DNA of 64,000 bases, from contig CAJXVG010000001.1 of assembly GCA_913061495.1 (NCBI GenBank), positions 26,286 through 90,285 of the forward strand, read 5' to 3'. The stretch is from an uncultured Winogradskyella sp. Lineage in GTDB: Bacteria; Bacteroidota; Bacteroidia; Flavobacteriales; Flavobacteriaceae. Below the pieces are notes generated by a model, which was not told the DNA's origin, searched no databases, and saw only the letters and a program-made list of their open reading frames with translations. Of this stretch, positions 22,511-31,183 are shown piece after piece. Position 1 is the stretch's first letter. Every line of letters starts with the position of its first letter. Both the position numbers and the translations under genes were made by a program.

Positions 22511-23590
22511 TTAAAATTCGATAAACCAATATTTCCTCGTACCGTTGAAATCCTTTATACATAAAATCATATCTGTATTTGATATAAAACTCGCTGTGTT
22601 TGGGAATTTTGAAGCTCCCGTAACTGTTGGCTCGGTTGCACCATTATATAATATTTCAGCATAACCGCCAATACTAATATTAGTAAGAGTAAAAGTTGCG
22701 GCATTGGATGGAGTTGCTCCAAAATCAATCTGTGTTTCTCCTCCTAAATTTATAGCTGTAACATCTTCGTTTACTAAAGCGTTAAAATTTAAAAAAGTTC
22801 CATCGTGAAAATCACGTTCTCCATTTTTATTAAAAGTTATAATTGCACCGCTTGAGTCTTGTACTTGAAATGATGCGTTAGGTTCGTTGTTATCGGAATC
22901 AATTTCAAAACTTAAAAAAGCATCACTTTCAATTGTATATCCATTAGTTAATAAATTTTGTGTTAAAGAATGGTCTCCTAAATTATCAGAAACACCACCG
23001 CTTCCTCCTAAATCTAAACCGCTTAAATCAATTATACCTGTATTTTCACTTGCTGTTACTGTTGTTGTGCCATCGGTTACACCAACAGCAACCCAACCAT
23101 TGACAAAAGGAACGTTTAATGTTGTTGCAGATAGTTGATTTTCAGGATGAAATCTAAAGTTTTGTAATACCGATCCACTTGTATTTCCCGCATCATGAAC
23201 AGAAAATGAATAAAAATCATTGACTCTATTGGATGAAAAACCAAAAGCTGGTACGTCATTATTAAATATTCTAATACCACCGCCTACTGCTTTCCAATTA
23301 TATTCGTCACCATTAAATGGATTTTCAAACAAAAGGCCTCCCGTTCCCATATCTATATTATTGTTTCCTGTTGAATTTCCTTCTAATAAAACATCTTCTA
23401 AGTTTGGTGTAAAATCACTCACCTTAACATACTTCACCTTTCCTAAATCGGTTGAATCCCAAACCATAATTCGGGTATTTACACCAACAGGTGAAATCTC
23501 GTTTACTTCTTTTATTTTAACCGACTTAAAGCTTTGTCCGTAAGCCATGCTCACGAATAAAAATAACGCTATACTTAATATTTTTCTCAT
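22511..23590 (-). CDS. Signal-peptide tail-fibre-like protein
   Basis: MRKI..AYGQ signal; G/N/T-rich beta content, LEDVLLEGN and DNLGDH repeats. Confidence 0.55.
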   Translation of the reverse strand: MRKILSIALFLFVSMAYGQSFKSVKIKEVNEISPVGVNTRIMVWDSTDLGKVKYVKVSDFTPNLEDVLLEGNSTGNNNIDMGTGGLLFENPFNGDEYNWKAVGGGIRIFNNDVPAFGFSSNRVNDFYSFSVHDAGNTSGSVLQNFRFHPENQLSATTLNVPFVNGWVAVGVTDGTTTVTASENTGIIDLSGLDLGGSGGVSDNLGDHSLTQNLLTNGYTIESDAFLSFEIDSDNNEPNASFQVQDSSGAIITFNKNGERDFHDGTFLNFNALVNEDVTAINLGGETQIDFGATPSNAATFTLTNISIGGYAEILYNGATEPTVTGASKFPNTASFISNTDMILCIKDFNGTRKYWFIEF

Positions 23591-23871
23591 TGTGTGTTGT
23601 AACTTAAAAGTTCTAATTCTAATATATTTCCATTGACACCTATTATTAAATAAGTGCCCAATATCTGTTCTTTTATCTTGAAACCATCTTCTGTAACTCC
23701 TACCAAATAATCACCTTCTTCGTGTTTATTGGATTCGTTACCCAAACCTTTGTAGTGTGTAAACTCATTGGCTTTTATAATGTTTGAGTTGCGCCTGAAT
23801 ATCTTTAAAAAAGCTTCCCAAAGGTTTGTTTCTATTTCTACTATCATGTTATCGGTGTTATGTCCTGCCAT
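23587..23871 (-). CDS. Small virion-associated protein sharing a repeat with the upstream gene
   Basis: KGLGN..HEEGDYLVGV resembles KASGN..QEPGDYITGV. Confidence 0.55.
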   Translation of the reverse strand: MAGHNTDNMIVEIETNLWEAFLKIFRRNSNIIKANEFTHYKGLGNESNKHEEGDYLVGVTEDGFKIKEQILGTYLIIGVNGNILELELLSYNTQ

Positions 23872-24914
23872 TGTAACAGGTCTAAATTGCTGATGTCGCT
23901 CTGGTCGCCGCCTAAGTATTGCGCAAAATTCACTATAAGCGTGTTGCTGTGGGCGTAAGCGGTTATAAAATCATATTGCTCTAATCCGCTTCCTGTGTTG
24001 TCTGGGTGCTTAATTAAGCCCGCTTTTTTGTTGTTGTAGGTGAAATTGCTACTACCAATAACCTGTGGCAATCCCAACTGAAGCACATCACCTTCGATTA
24101 AATCTGCTGTTGGTATATCGTTGCTGAACTCTACACGTACAAGCGTGTCATCTTCTACCAAGATTATATCCGATACTTCACCGTAAATCTGTTTGTTCCT
24201 TGTGGTGTTGGCGAACTTAAAGGCAATGGCTGTGTCTACATCAAATAACTGTTTGTCCTTTAACAGGTAATTTGAGTAGCTATAATCAAATACAAGGGCT
24301 GTGATGTTTCCGTCCGCTTCTTCTGCGAACACATCGCCTGCGTCTATGTTGTTGTAGTTTGGAAGTGTTTCGGCTTTTACCCTTACTACCTTTGTTTGCC
24401 AATCTGCATTTATATTAGCTATATCAGCTTCATTTAATCTTATGTAATCCTGCTGAAGATTTTCATTTTCAGTTCCTAAAAACAGATAAACACCTTCACC
24501 TTCTTCTATTTCATCATCATCAGATGCATCGGTAACCAGATAATATTTTTTAAAGTTTTGATTTTCTTGGTCAGCCAATAAAGCCGTTATATTTTCATAA
24601 GTCTGTTCTGGTTCATTAGGATTTGATGCATCCCCTGGAATTAAATAGCTAGATAAAAGTTGTATGTTGCCACCAAGATAAATCCCATCCCTAAAAAAAG
24701 TATCTTCAACAACACCGGTTATGTAATCTCCAGGCTCCTGGCTTTCGGAAATATTTCCACTAGCCTTAAAATTCTGCAGTCTGCCAAATTCAAATATGCT
24801 GATTCGCTTTACAATCCAAGTAAGTAAAGCCCTCATATTAGAAGACTTTACATTATTTGGAATACCAGTTTTTATAAACTGGCCAATATTGGATAGTATC
24901 TGCTGTACTGTCAT
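23844..24914 (-). CDS. Putative tail fibre/baseplate-associated protein
   Basis: Acidic protein downstream of the tail tube gene; terminal repeats. Confidence 0.55.
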   Translation of the reverse strand: MTVQQILSNIGQFIKTGIPNNVKSSNMRALLTWIVKRISIFEFGRLQNFKASGNISESQEPGDYITGVVEDTFFRDGIYLGGNIQLLSSYLIPGDASNPNEPEQTYENITALLADQENQNFKKYYLVTDASDDDEIEEGEGVYLFLGTENENLQQDYIRLNEADIANINADWQTKVVRVKAETLPNYNNIDAGDVFAEEADGNITALVFDYSYSNYLLKDKQLFDVDTAIAFKFANTTRNKQIYGEVSDIILVEDDTLVRVEFSNDIPTADLIEGDVLQLGLPQVIGSSNFTYNNKKAGLIKHPDNTGSGLEQYDFITAYAHSNTLIVNFAQYLGGDQSDISNLDLLQWQDITPIT

Positions 24915-24984
24915 TATTAAGAACGTTTTAATTAAGCAAAATCAATATCGAAATCGCTGTCAAAATCACCCTATAAAGAGGGTT

Positions 24985-25587
24985 CTAAAAATTTACAGTA
25001 CCTGCTAATGGGAAGTTAGCTCTTGGTGGATCAATTTTATCCTCCCAAGTCACAGTTCCCACATACTTTTCAATCTCCCCGGCTCCTCTAGCTTGAATCA
25101 GGTTAAGGATCATCTGTCCCTTAACACCACAAATTCCACCATAGACCAAACCTGCTCTTGTAACATACCATAATTTATAGGTTGCGTTACAGGCTGTTGA
25201 ACGAGCAAACTCATAATTGACTTCATTAGTTTCATCAATTTCAACATTTAAGGTGTGGGTCTTACCTGTTTGGATAGTACGATTCCCAGAAACAACCCTT
25301 GTCTGCACTTCAGGAGCTGGTTTATCACCAACTACCCTAATCATACGAATTGTATCATCTGGGTCTGGTGGTGTTTCAGCTGCAATCTGTGCAATACGTG
25401 TAGTCCATTCGGTTAAATCCTCGACGTCTGCAAAATCTGCAGCGTCTGATTTGGCAACAGCCAACCACTCAATTTCTGATTCGTTGTTCTCAGGAGAACA
25501 ATCATCAAACTTTACTGTGGGTAATTGTTGTTCATCGCAATTTTCTGGACAAAGCGTATCTGTATCGTTGCATTGTACATTTGCCAT
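24985..25587 (-). CDS. Putative major tail (tube) protein
   Basis: 200 aa, acidic, beta-rich with Cys-rich N-terminus; no other tube candidate in the tail operon. Confidence 0.6.
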   Translation of the reverse strand: MANVQCNDTDTLCPENCDEQQLPTVKFDDCSPENNESEIEWLAVAKSDAADFADVEDLTEWTTRIAQIAAETPPDPDDTIRMIRVVGDKPAPEVQTRVVSGNRTIQTGKTHTLNVEIDETNEVNYEFARSTACNATYKLWYVTRAGLVYGGICGVKGQMILNLIQARGAGEIEKYVGTVTWEDKIDPPRANFPLAGTVNF

Positions 25588-25650
25588 AATAGTAGCATTT
25601 TTAATTAATAATTCGATTATTATGACTTTTGTTGAGACGTCATGGCCTCC
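25583..25650 (-). ncRNA. Leader pseudoknot/anti-AUG switch, copy A
   Basis: GAGGC/GUCUC stem, loop AUGAC pairs GUCAU after AACAAAA; GUCAUAAUA also pairs UAUUAUGGC covering the AUG. Confidence 0.7.
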
Positions 25651-25739
25651 TGCTTTTTTCCTAGTACGGAAATGAATTCTTCAAAAGAAATGAAGTTAAG
25701 TTCGTCTGAGTGAACCATTCTCCTAAATCATACACATAG

Positions 25740-25786
25740 CAAATATAACAAAAAGAACTTATAGATTTCTTTTTTTTGTAGATTTG
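25740..25786. promoter_or_regulatory. Divergent TAnnTTTG promoters flanking a palindromic site
   Basis: TATATTTG on minus (25740-25747), TAGATTTG on plus (25779-25786), AAAAGAACTTATAGATTTCTTTT between. Confidence 0.7.
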
Positions 25787-25799
25787 TAAAAAACTCACC

Positions 25800-27590
25800 A
25801 TGGATTCTCAAGCTGCAAAAGACATCATCCAAGACCATATTGTCAACGGAACCAAACACGCCAACTATAAAAAAGTATGTGATATATCAGATGATTACCA
25901 TGCCTATATTGTTAATGAACCAGACAGCAAAGGAGAGTATCCGCTAAATAAAAAACTCAAACAATTTGTAAGGCGAGAGGATGAAGATCTCTTTGAACAG
26001 CGAAAGAATTTAACCAAGCATTATACTCCTTCAATTTGTGCCCAAATCATAAGGATGTATAACAAAGTCACCAGGTCCAATCGTGTAATAAAATTGATTG
26101 ACCATATAGAAGCCTCGAAAGTTGAGGAAATTGAAGATAAGATAAATGCGTTTTTTGGTGAAGCAGATAATGATGGCATTGAGCAATTTTTAAACGAACG
26201 ATTTAAAGCACTTACCTTTGTAGATCCAAACGCATGGATACTTACTACGTTCAAGCCTTTTGATGGTAAAAAAGAAACTCCACAGACATATCCTCACGAA
26301 TACTCATGCAAGGATGTGGTTAATTTTTGTGTAGAAAACCAAAAAACAAAGTGGGTTTTAATAGCTATGGATTACAACTACACAACCAAGGAAGACAAAT
26401 CCAAAAAAGCAAAACGGTATTTGTTTTTTGACAGTATGAATTCCTATGAATACAAGGAACTTCCTAAAGACATAAAGGATCAACCTAAGGGCAATAATGT
26501 GAGTTACTGGATCGAAGATAAAAAGAAAACTAAATTTGCCGTTTTCACATATTCCCACAAAAGCGAAAAAGTACCTTTGATGCGCGTTGGCTATATTTCA
26601 GACAAAGCCACAAATGGAGCAACTTTTGTGAATCCATTTCATTATGAAGCACTTCCCTTATTGGAACAATTTATCAAAGTGTCTTCTGAGTTTCAGTTGG
26701 GAATCACACTTCATGTTTTTCCTAAACAAATATCTTATGTTGATCAATGTGATGCTAGAGGTTGTGCCAATGGTGTGATGTTGGATGGTAAAGAATGTGA
26801 GGTTTGCCAGGGCACCGGAAAGAAACACCATTCCACAGCTGCAGACATGCAAGAAATACCTATGCCTAAACGCTTGGAAGATTTAGTAGACGTTTCAAAG
26901 CTCTCTTCTTATGTTGAGTTTCCTGGTAACGTTATGGAGTTCTTGGACAAATTTGTTGATAAGGTAGAAAAGAAAATATTGAGAATGGTTTTCAACACCG
27001 AAAGCCTGGTACAAACACAATTCAACACAGCTACAGAAGCTGAGATAGATATGGATTCTGTTTACGATACTCTTAGCCCTTTTGGTGAGAAATATAGCGA
27101 AATGTGGATGTTCATTGTAAAACTGCAAATTTTTTACATGGGCATTAAAGATGCTACAGTATGGCATAAATTTCCTAGTGACCTGAAGCTTAAGTCCATG
27201 AAACAATTGTTGGAGGAGCTTAAAACTGCAAATGACAGCAATGCACCATCTTATGTCAAAGAATCCATTAACAGTGATATTATGGATATCATATATGCCG
27301 ATGACCACACCGAACTGGCTAAACTCAAGATAAAAAACAGACATTTTCCTTTTCCTGGAAAATCTGATTTTGAGATACAGAACATTATTCTCAATAATTT
27401 AACCACACAGTTCAACCAGGTACTTTATGCGAATTTTGATAACGTTTTTGATAGCCTAGAAACCAAACAAAGCAATTTCTATGAATTGGCTTACGCTAAA
27501 CAAAAGAATCTAATAAAAATTGAGGTAGAGGAAATCATTAAAGCTCTGGGTGGAAACAACAACGTTCCTGTACTGGATTTAACGGCTTAG
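25800..27590 (+). CDS. Portal protein (probable)
   Basis: 596 aa, first gene of head module, Cys zinc-finger insertion (C..C.GTG), TATE motif. Confidence 0.7.
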   Translation: MDSQAAKDIIQDHIVNGTKHANYKKVCDISDDYHAYIVNEPDSKGEYPLNKKLKQFVRREDEDLFEQRKNLTKHYTPSICAQIIRMYNKVTRSNRVIKLIDHIEASKVEEIEDKINAFFGEADNDGIEQFLNERFKALTFVDPNAWILTTFKPFDGKKETPQTYPHEYSCKDVVNFCVENQKTKWVLIAMDYNYTTKEDKSKKAKRYLFFDSMNSYEYKELPKDIKDQPKGNNVSYWIEDKKKTKFAVFTYSHKSEKVPLMRVGYISDKATNGATFVNPFHYEALPLLEQFIKVSSEFQLGITLHVFPKQISYVDQCDARGCANGVMLDGKECEVCQGTGKKHHSTAADMQEIPMPKRLEDLVDVSKLSSYVEFPGNVMEFLDKFVDKVEKKILRMVFNTESLVQTQFNTATEAEIDMDSVYDTLSPFGEKYSEMWMFIVKLQIFYMGIKDATVWHKFPSDLKLKSMKQLLEELKTANDSNAPSYVKESINSDIMDIIYADDHTELAKLKIKNRHFPFPGKSDFEIQNIILNNLTTQFNQVLYANFDNVFDSLETKQSNFYELAYAKQKNLIKIEVEEIIKALGGNNNVPVLDLTA

Positions 27591-27591
27591 T

Positions 27592-27960
27592 ATGGAATTC
27601 CCAAAGGTAGATATAGATAAAATTGACTTAATTGATTCTGAATATGAAAACAAATCAGGCTATGTTTGGAGTGCATTGAAACTTATTGAGGCCTCAAAGG
27701 GTCTCCCTGTATTTAATATACCATTGGCAAGTATAGACCTATCTTTTTTACCTTTTAGAGTTGATAATATGCATGATCTTTTGTTTCAAATGAATCGTGT
27801 TAAGAATACTGATTTGAAGTATCCAATAATATTAGACGACCACGGTGTAGTTGCGGATGGTTATCATAGGATTTTAAAAGCCATTTATTTAGGAAAAACC
27901 ACAATAAAGGCTGTCAGGTTAAACACCATGCCTGATGCCGATAGCAAAAGAGATGTATAG
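27592..27960 (+). CDS. ParB/Srx-like N-terminal domain protein
   Basis: YPIILD..G.VADGYHRILKA. Confidence 0.7.
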   Translation: MEFPKVDIDKIDLIDSEYENKSGYVWSALKLIEASKGLPVFNIPLASIDLSFLPFRVDNMHDLLFQMNRVKNTDLKYPIILDDHGVVADGYHRILKAIYLGKTTIKAVRLNTMPDADSKRDV

Positions 27961-27962
27961 TT

Positions 27963-28355
27963 ATGAGCATGTTAGAATTCGAAGAAGTAATTAAGGACAA
28001 AGTTGTTGATGAGCGCCAGATCCAACAAGAATCTAAAAAAGAAATTATAGGAAGTATAGTTCCTAAACGCGGACATACACTCTACGAAATAAATTTAAAG
28101 GAACATACAATTGAGCCTGCAGAATTTGAAGATCAGTCAGTACCATTTAAACAAGTTTCTGAAAAACCAACGTCCAAGGGTTTGGGTTTACAAACCAATA
28201 AAAACGGTTCAAAAAAAATTGTACTTGATGGTTTGCCTTCGGTTAGAAAAGTATTGATCAGAAAAAAGAACTGTATTTATATCTCGGCCCTAAACTACAA
28301 AAACGTTAAGAAGAAACTTATTAAGCGTGGTGTAATCAAGATCGTAAAGAAATGA
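27963..28355 (+). CDS. Hypothetical phage protein
   Basis: Operonic ORF. Confidence 0.65.
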   Translation: MSMLEFEEVIKDKVVDERQIQQESKKEIIGSIVPKRGHTLYEINLKEHTIEPAEFEDQSVPFKQVSEKPTSKGLGLQTNKNGSKKIVLDGLPSVRKVLIRKKNCIYISALNYKNVKKKLIKRGVIKIVKK

Positions 28356-28501
28356 AAAGAGGCCCTCAGTTCAACTGCCAAAATGAACCTAGCTACTCAG
28401 ATCATGAAACCGTTCTTTTTTCTATAAGACACCCAGACTACTTTATGGATTCAGATTGTAACATACTAAAATTTGAAGATTTAGATAATGCAAGATCCTA
28501 A
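28352..28501 (+). CDS. Small hypothetical protein (49 aa, not in ORF track)
   Basis: ATGA overlap with upstream stop; MKRGPQFNCQNEPSYSDH..; fills the gap. Confidence 0.4.
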   Translation: MKRGPQFNCQNEPSYSDHETVLFSIRHPDYFMDSDCNILKFEDLDNARS

Positions 28502-29387
28502 AAAAATACAGAAGCTCTCGAGGGAGAAGGCAATGAAGCTCGATAAACTGATTGATGCTGTTGAACGTAGAATTGCCCAATCACAAAATGACCTGGCCAA
28601 AAGCGTTTTAAAAGATTTCCTAGAACAGCTGAACATAAAGCGTGGACGTGTTGAGGAAATACAGAACCGAAGAACCACAACGCTCTTCAATAAGGCCTAT
28701 GCAGATTTTACCAAAACAAGCAAGGCAGAGCTTGTTAAGTCCATAATAATTGACATCAATAATATTTTAGAAGAAAACGGTAAATTTTACCGGACCACAG
28801 CAAATGCCACTAAGGCAACTGAAATAGACCTGAAACGGATTGTCAACAGAAGACTTGGTATTGATAGTGACGGCTCGCTTTTAAAAAACGGATATATGAG
28901 CGGTGTTCTGGACGACACCAATGTAAAGTTAGACCTTCAGCGTTATGTATTTAAAGAAATGCTCAAAGGTGTAGGATATGAGGCCTTGAAAGAAGGTATA
29001 GAGATGAAAATCAAAGGTGAACCTGAAAAACTTGGTGTTTTCGAGAAACATTACAAAACCTTCAGTTACGATGTCTATGCTCAACTCAATGGTTTTACAT
29101 CCAAATTATATGCTGATAAGTTGGGTCTTGAACATTTTATATACCAAGGAGGCATTATTGAAACCTCGAGAAAGTTCTGCAAAAAAAGAAATGGGAAAGT
29201 CTTTAGCACTGAAGAAGCAGAAAAATGGAAGGATGATCCTGACCTAAAAGCCATACCAAACAGGGAAACTTATAAATGGTTTATTGACAGAGGTGGCTAT
29301 AATTGCAGGCATGATCCTGATTTTATCGTTAAGGAGGTGGCTTACGCTTTAAGACCAGATCTGAGAGAGATAGAATCCAACGCATAA
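28488..29387 (+). CDS. Minor capsid/head morphogenesis protein (SPP1 gp7-like)
   Basis: SRKFC..NGKVF and GGYNCRH motifs. Confidence 0.8.
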   Translation: MQDPKKIQKLSREKAMKLDKLIDAVERRIAQSQNDLAKSVLKDFLEQLNIKRGRVEEIQNRRTTTLFNKAYADFTKTSKAELVKSIIIDINNILEENGKFYRTTANATKATEIDLKRIVNRRLGIDSDGSLLKNGYMSGVLDDTNVKLDLQRYVFKEMLKGVGYEALKEGIEMKIKGEPEKLGVFEKHYKTFSYDVYAQLNGFTSKLYADKLGLEHFIYQGGIIETSRKFCKKRNGKVFSTEEAEKWKDDPDLKAIPNRETYKWFIDRGGYNCRHDPDFIVKEVAYALRPDLREIESNA

Positions 29388-29388
29388 A

Positions 29389-29418
29389 AAAAAGCAGTCC
29401 AGAAACGGGCTGCTTTTT
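29389..29418 (+). terminator. Intrinsic terminator
   Basis: AAAAAGCAGTCC..GGGCTGCTTTTT. Confidence 0.8.
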
Positions 29419-29457
29419 CAACTCTAAAATAACACTATAAAACCAATACCAATACTT

Positions 29458-29501
29458 AAATATAACAAAAAAGAACTTATAAATTTCTTTTTATATATTT
29501 G
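29458..29501 (+). promoter_or_regulatory. Palindromic site plus TATATTTG promoter for head operon
   Basis: ~35-bp near-identical repeat of 25741-25775; -7 box at 29494-29501. Confidence 0.7.
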
Positions 29502-29511
29502 TAACACTTCT

Positions 29512-29573
29512 GGAGCTTGCCTAGCTCAACAACATGGCAAATACATATTGTTTAATTAATATTTATTGCTATG
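29512..29573 (+). ncRNA. Leader pseudoknot/anti-AUG switch, copy B
   Basis: GAGC/GCUC stem, loop UUGCC pairs GGCAA after AACAACAU; CAUGGCAA also pairs UUGCUAUG covering the AUG. Confidence 0.72.
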
Positions 29574-30002
29574 GGCAAAAAAGATTCAAACGTAAAGTTA
29601 AAACGTAACGGTGTTGAAAAGTCAATACCGAAAAACCAATGGGATGCCATGAAAAAAAGTGGCAATACCTATGGATGGCACCTTGCTTCTGAAGTTTCCA
29701 AAGACACTTTAAAAAAAGAAGGTCAGGTTGAAAACAACCAGATCAAGGAGCTTACGTCCAAGGTTGAAGGGTTGGAGAAAAAAAACGGTGACCTTCAAAA
29801 AAAGGTTGATGGTTATGCAACCGAAAACAGTGATTTGAAAGAAACCATCACTGGTAAAGACAACCAGATCAAGGAGCTTCAATCTAATATTGATGGGTTG
29901 GAGGCTTTGAAAAAGGAACAAGCAGATCTTTTAGCAGAGCATGTGAAAGGGACTCCAAAAAGTGAAGTAAAGGCCAAGGATGATTCTAAAAAATCTAAGT
30001 AA
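29571..30002 (+). CDS. Coiled-coil phage protein
   Basis: Internal duplicated NQIKEL segment (ACAACCAGATCAAGGAGCTT twice). Confidence 0.7.
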   Translation: MGKKDSNVKLKRNGVEKSIPKNQWDAMKKSGNTYGWHLASEVSKDTLKKEGQVENNQIKELTSKVEGLEKKNGDLQKKVDGYATENSDLKETITGKDNQIKELQSNIDGLEALKKEQADLLAEHVKGTPKSEVKAKDDSKKSK

Positions 30003-30226
30003 TGGCCAAGAAAACACTTATCAACAGAAAAAAAGGAACTGAGCACAAGGTAGATGATGCCGATAAAGTTCTGAAGAAATACAAAGGCGTTTTTAAGGAA
30101 AAGCCTGCGACACAGATCAGTGATGATGTCAGAAAAAAAGAACAGTCACTTGACAAGGCGAAAGCTATAGATGTAAAAGAAGCCAATCAGGTTGAAACAT
30201 CTAAGGAAAGAAAATCAAAAAAATAA
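30002..30226 (+). CDS. Small basic hypothetical protein
   Basis: Translationally coupled ORF. Confidence 0.6.
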   Translation: MAKKTLINRKKGTEHKVDDADKVLKKYKGVFKEKPATQISDDVRKKEQSLDKAKAIDVKEANQVETSKERKSKK

Positions 30227-30240
30227 TTTTTAGATAAATT

Positions 30241-31146
30241 ATGTCATACACACACTTAAAAAAAACGTTGGCGGAAGTGCTGGAAACCGCATACCAAGTT
30301 CCAGAGGAAGACATAGCTGAATTGTTACCCGAACAAGAGGAAGAATTTAAGGCTGATGCTTTTAAAAATAAGTTTCTAGAGCTGGACAAAGAACGTATCC
30401 AAACCATAAACCAAAAAGGGAAGGATAAATTCGACCAAGGCTACAACAAGGCAACCAAAGAAGCCTTGACTGGATTTGAACAGAAAGTCAAAGAAGAATT
30501 TAGTATTGAAGACGACGACATTCAAGGTCTTGATCTCATCAAAAAGATAGTAGAATCAAGCTCCAAAACCTCGAAAGCCGATGTTTCAAAACTGACAGAA
30601 GATGAATTGAAATCTCATCCTGCAGTTATTAAGATTCTTAACGACAAGGACAAAACTTGGAAAGAAAAGGAACAGGAACTTCAGGAAGAATACGACACCA
30701 AAATTTCAACCTTTCAAAAGAAAGAGCGTTTTGGTAAGGTTTCTAAGAAAGCACTTCAGATTTTAGATTCTATGAACCCGGTGCTGTCATCCGATCCAAA
30801 TCGAGCTGCAAACCAGAAGAATATTCTAATAGAAAAACTTCAGCAATTCGATTACCAGGAAGAGAATGACAGCTTCACACCATTGAAAGATGGAAAGCGT
30901 TTGGAAAACGATCACGGTCACGGTATTGGTTTTGAACAAATGGTTAAGGATACTGCAACTAAGTATTTTGACTTTAAAAAAGCTGATGACAGAGACAATC
31001 CGCCTCCTGGAGGTGATGGTGGTTCTGGTGGAAGTTCAAGGACTCCCAAAAATGAAGCTGAGTATGCCAAGATTATGTCCGACCGTTCTATTCCAATTGA
31101 AGAGCGTAAGGAAATCCGAGATGCGTGGAGTAAACAAGACAGCTAG
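30241..31146 (+). CDS. Capsid scaffolding protein (probable)
   Basis: Charged helical protein with Gly/Pro linker near C-terminus, just before capsid gene. Confidence 0.7.
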   Translation: MSYTHLKKTLAEVLETAYQVPEEDIAELLPEQEEEFKADAFKNKFLELDKERIQTINQKGKDKFDQGYNKATKEALTGFEQKVKEEFSIEDDDIQGLDLIKKIVESSSKTSKADVSKLTEDELKSHPAVIKILNDKDKTWKEKEQELQEEYDTKISTFQKKERFGKVSKKALQILDSMNPVLSSDPNRAANQKNILIEKLQQFDYQEENDSFTPLKDGKRLENDHGHGIGFEQMVKDTATKYFDFKKADDRDNPPPGGDGGSGGSSRTPKNEAEYAKIMSDRSIPIEERKEIRDAWSKQDS

Positions 31147-31183
31147 TCTGAGCTAATTGTTTAATTAAAAATTTAAAGAAATT

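Noticed and set aside
20809..24914. Diversity-generating retroelement or invertase-driven fibre switching
   Set aside because: No reverse transcriptase, TR/VR repeat pair or serine invertase seen in the window.
29512..29540. Leader pseudoknot as preQ1-I, SAM-II, guanidine-III or fluoride riboswitch
   Set aside because: Conserved ligand-binding nucleotides of those classes, as I recall them, are not present and gene context is virion structural; an Rfam scan is still needed.
29733..29880. 20-bp direct repeat ACAACCAGATCAAGGAGCTT
   Set aside because: In-frame duplication of a coiled-coil segment within the CDS; no sign of a separate element.
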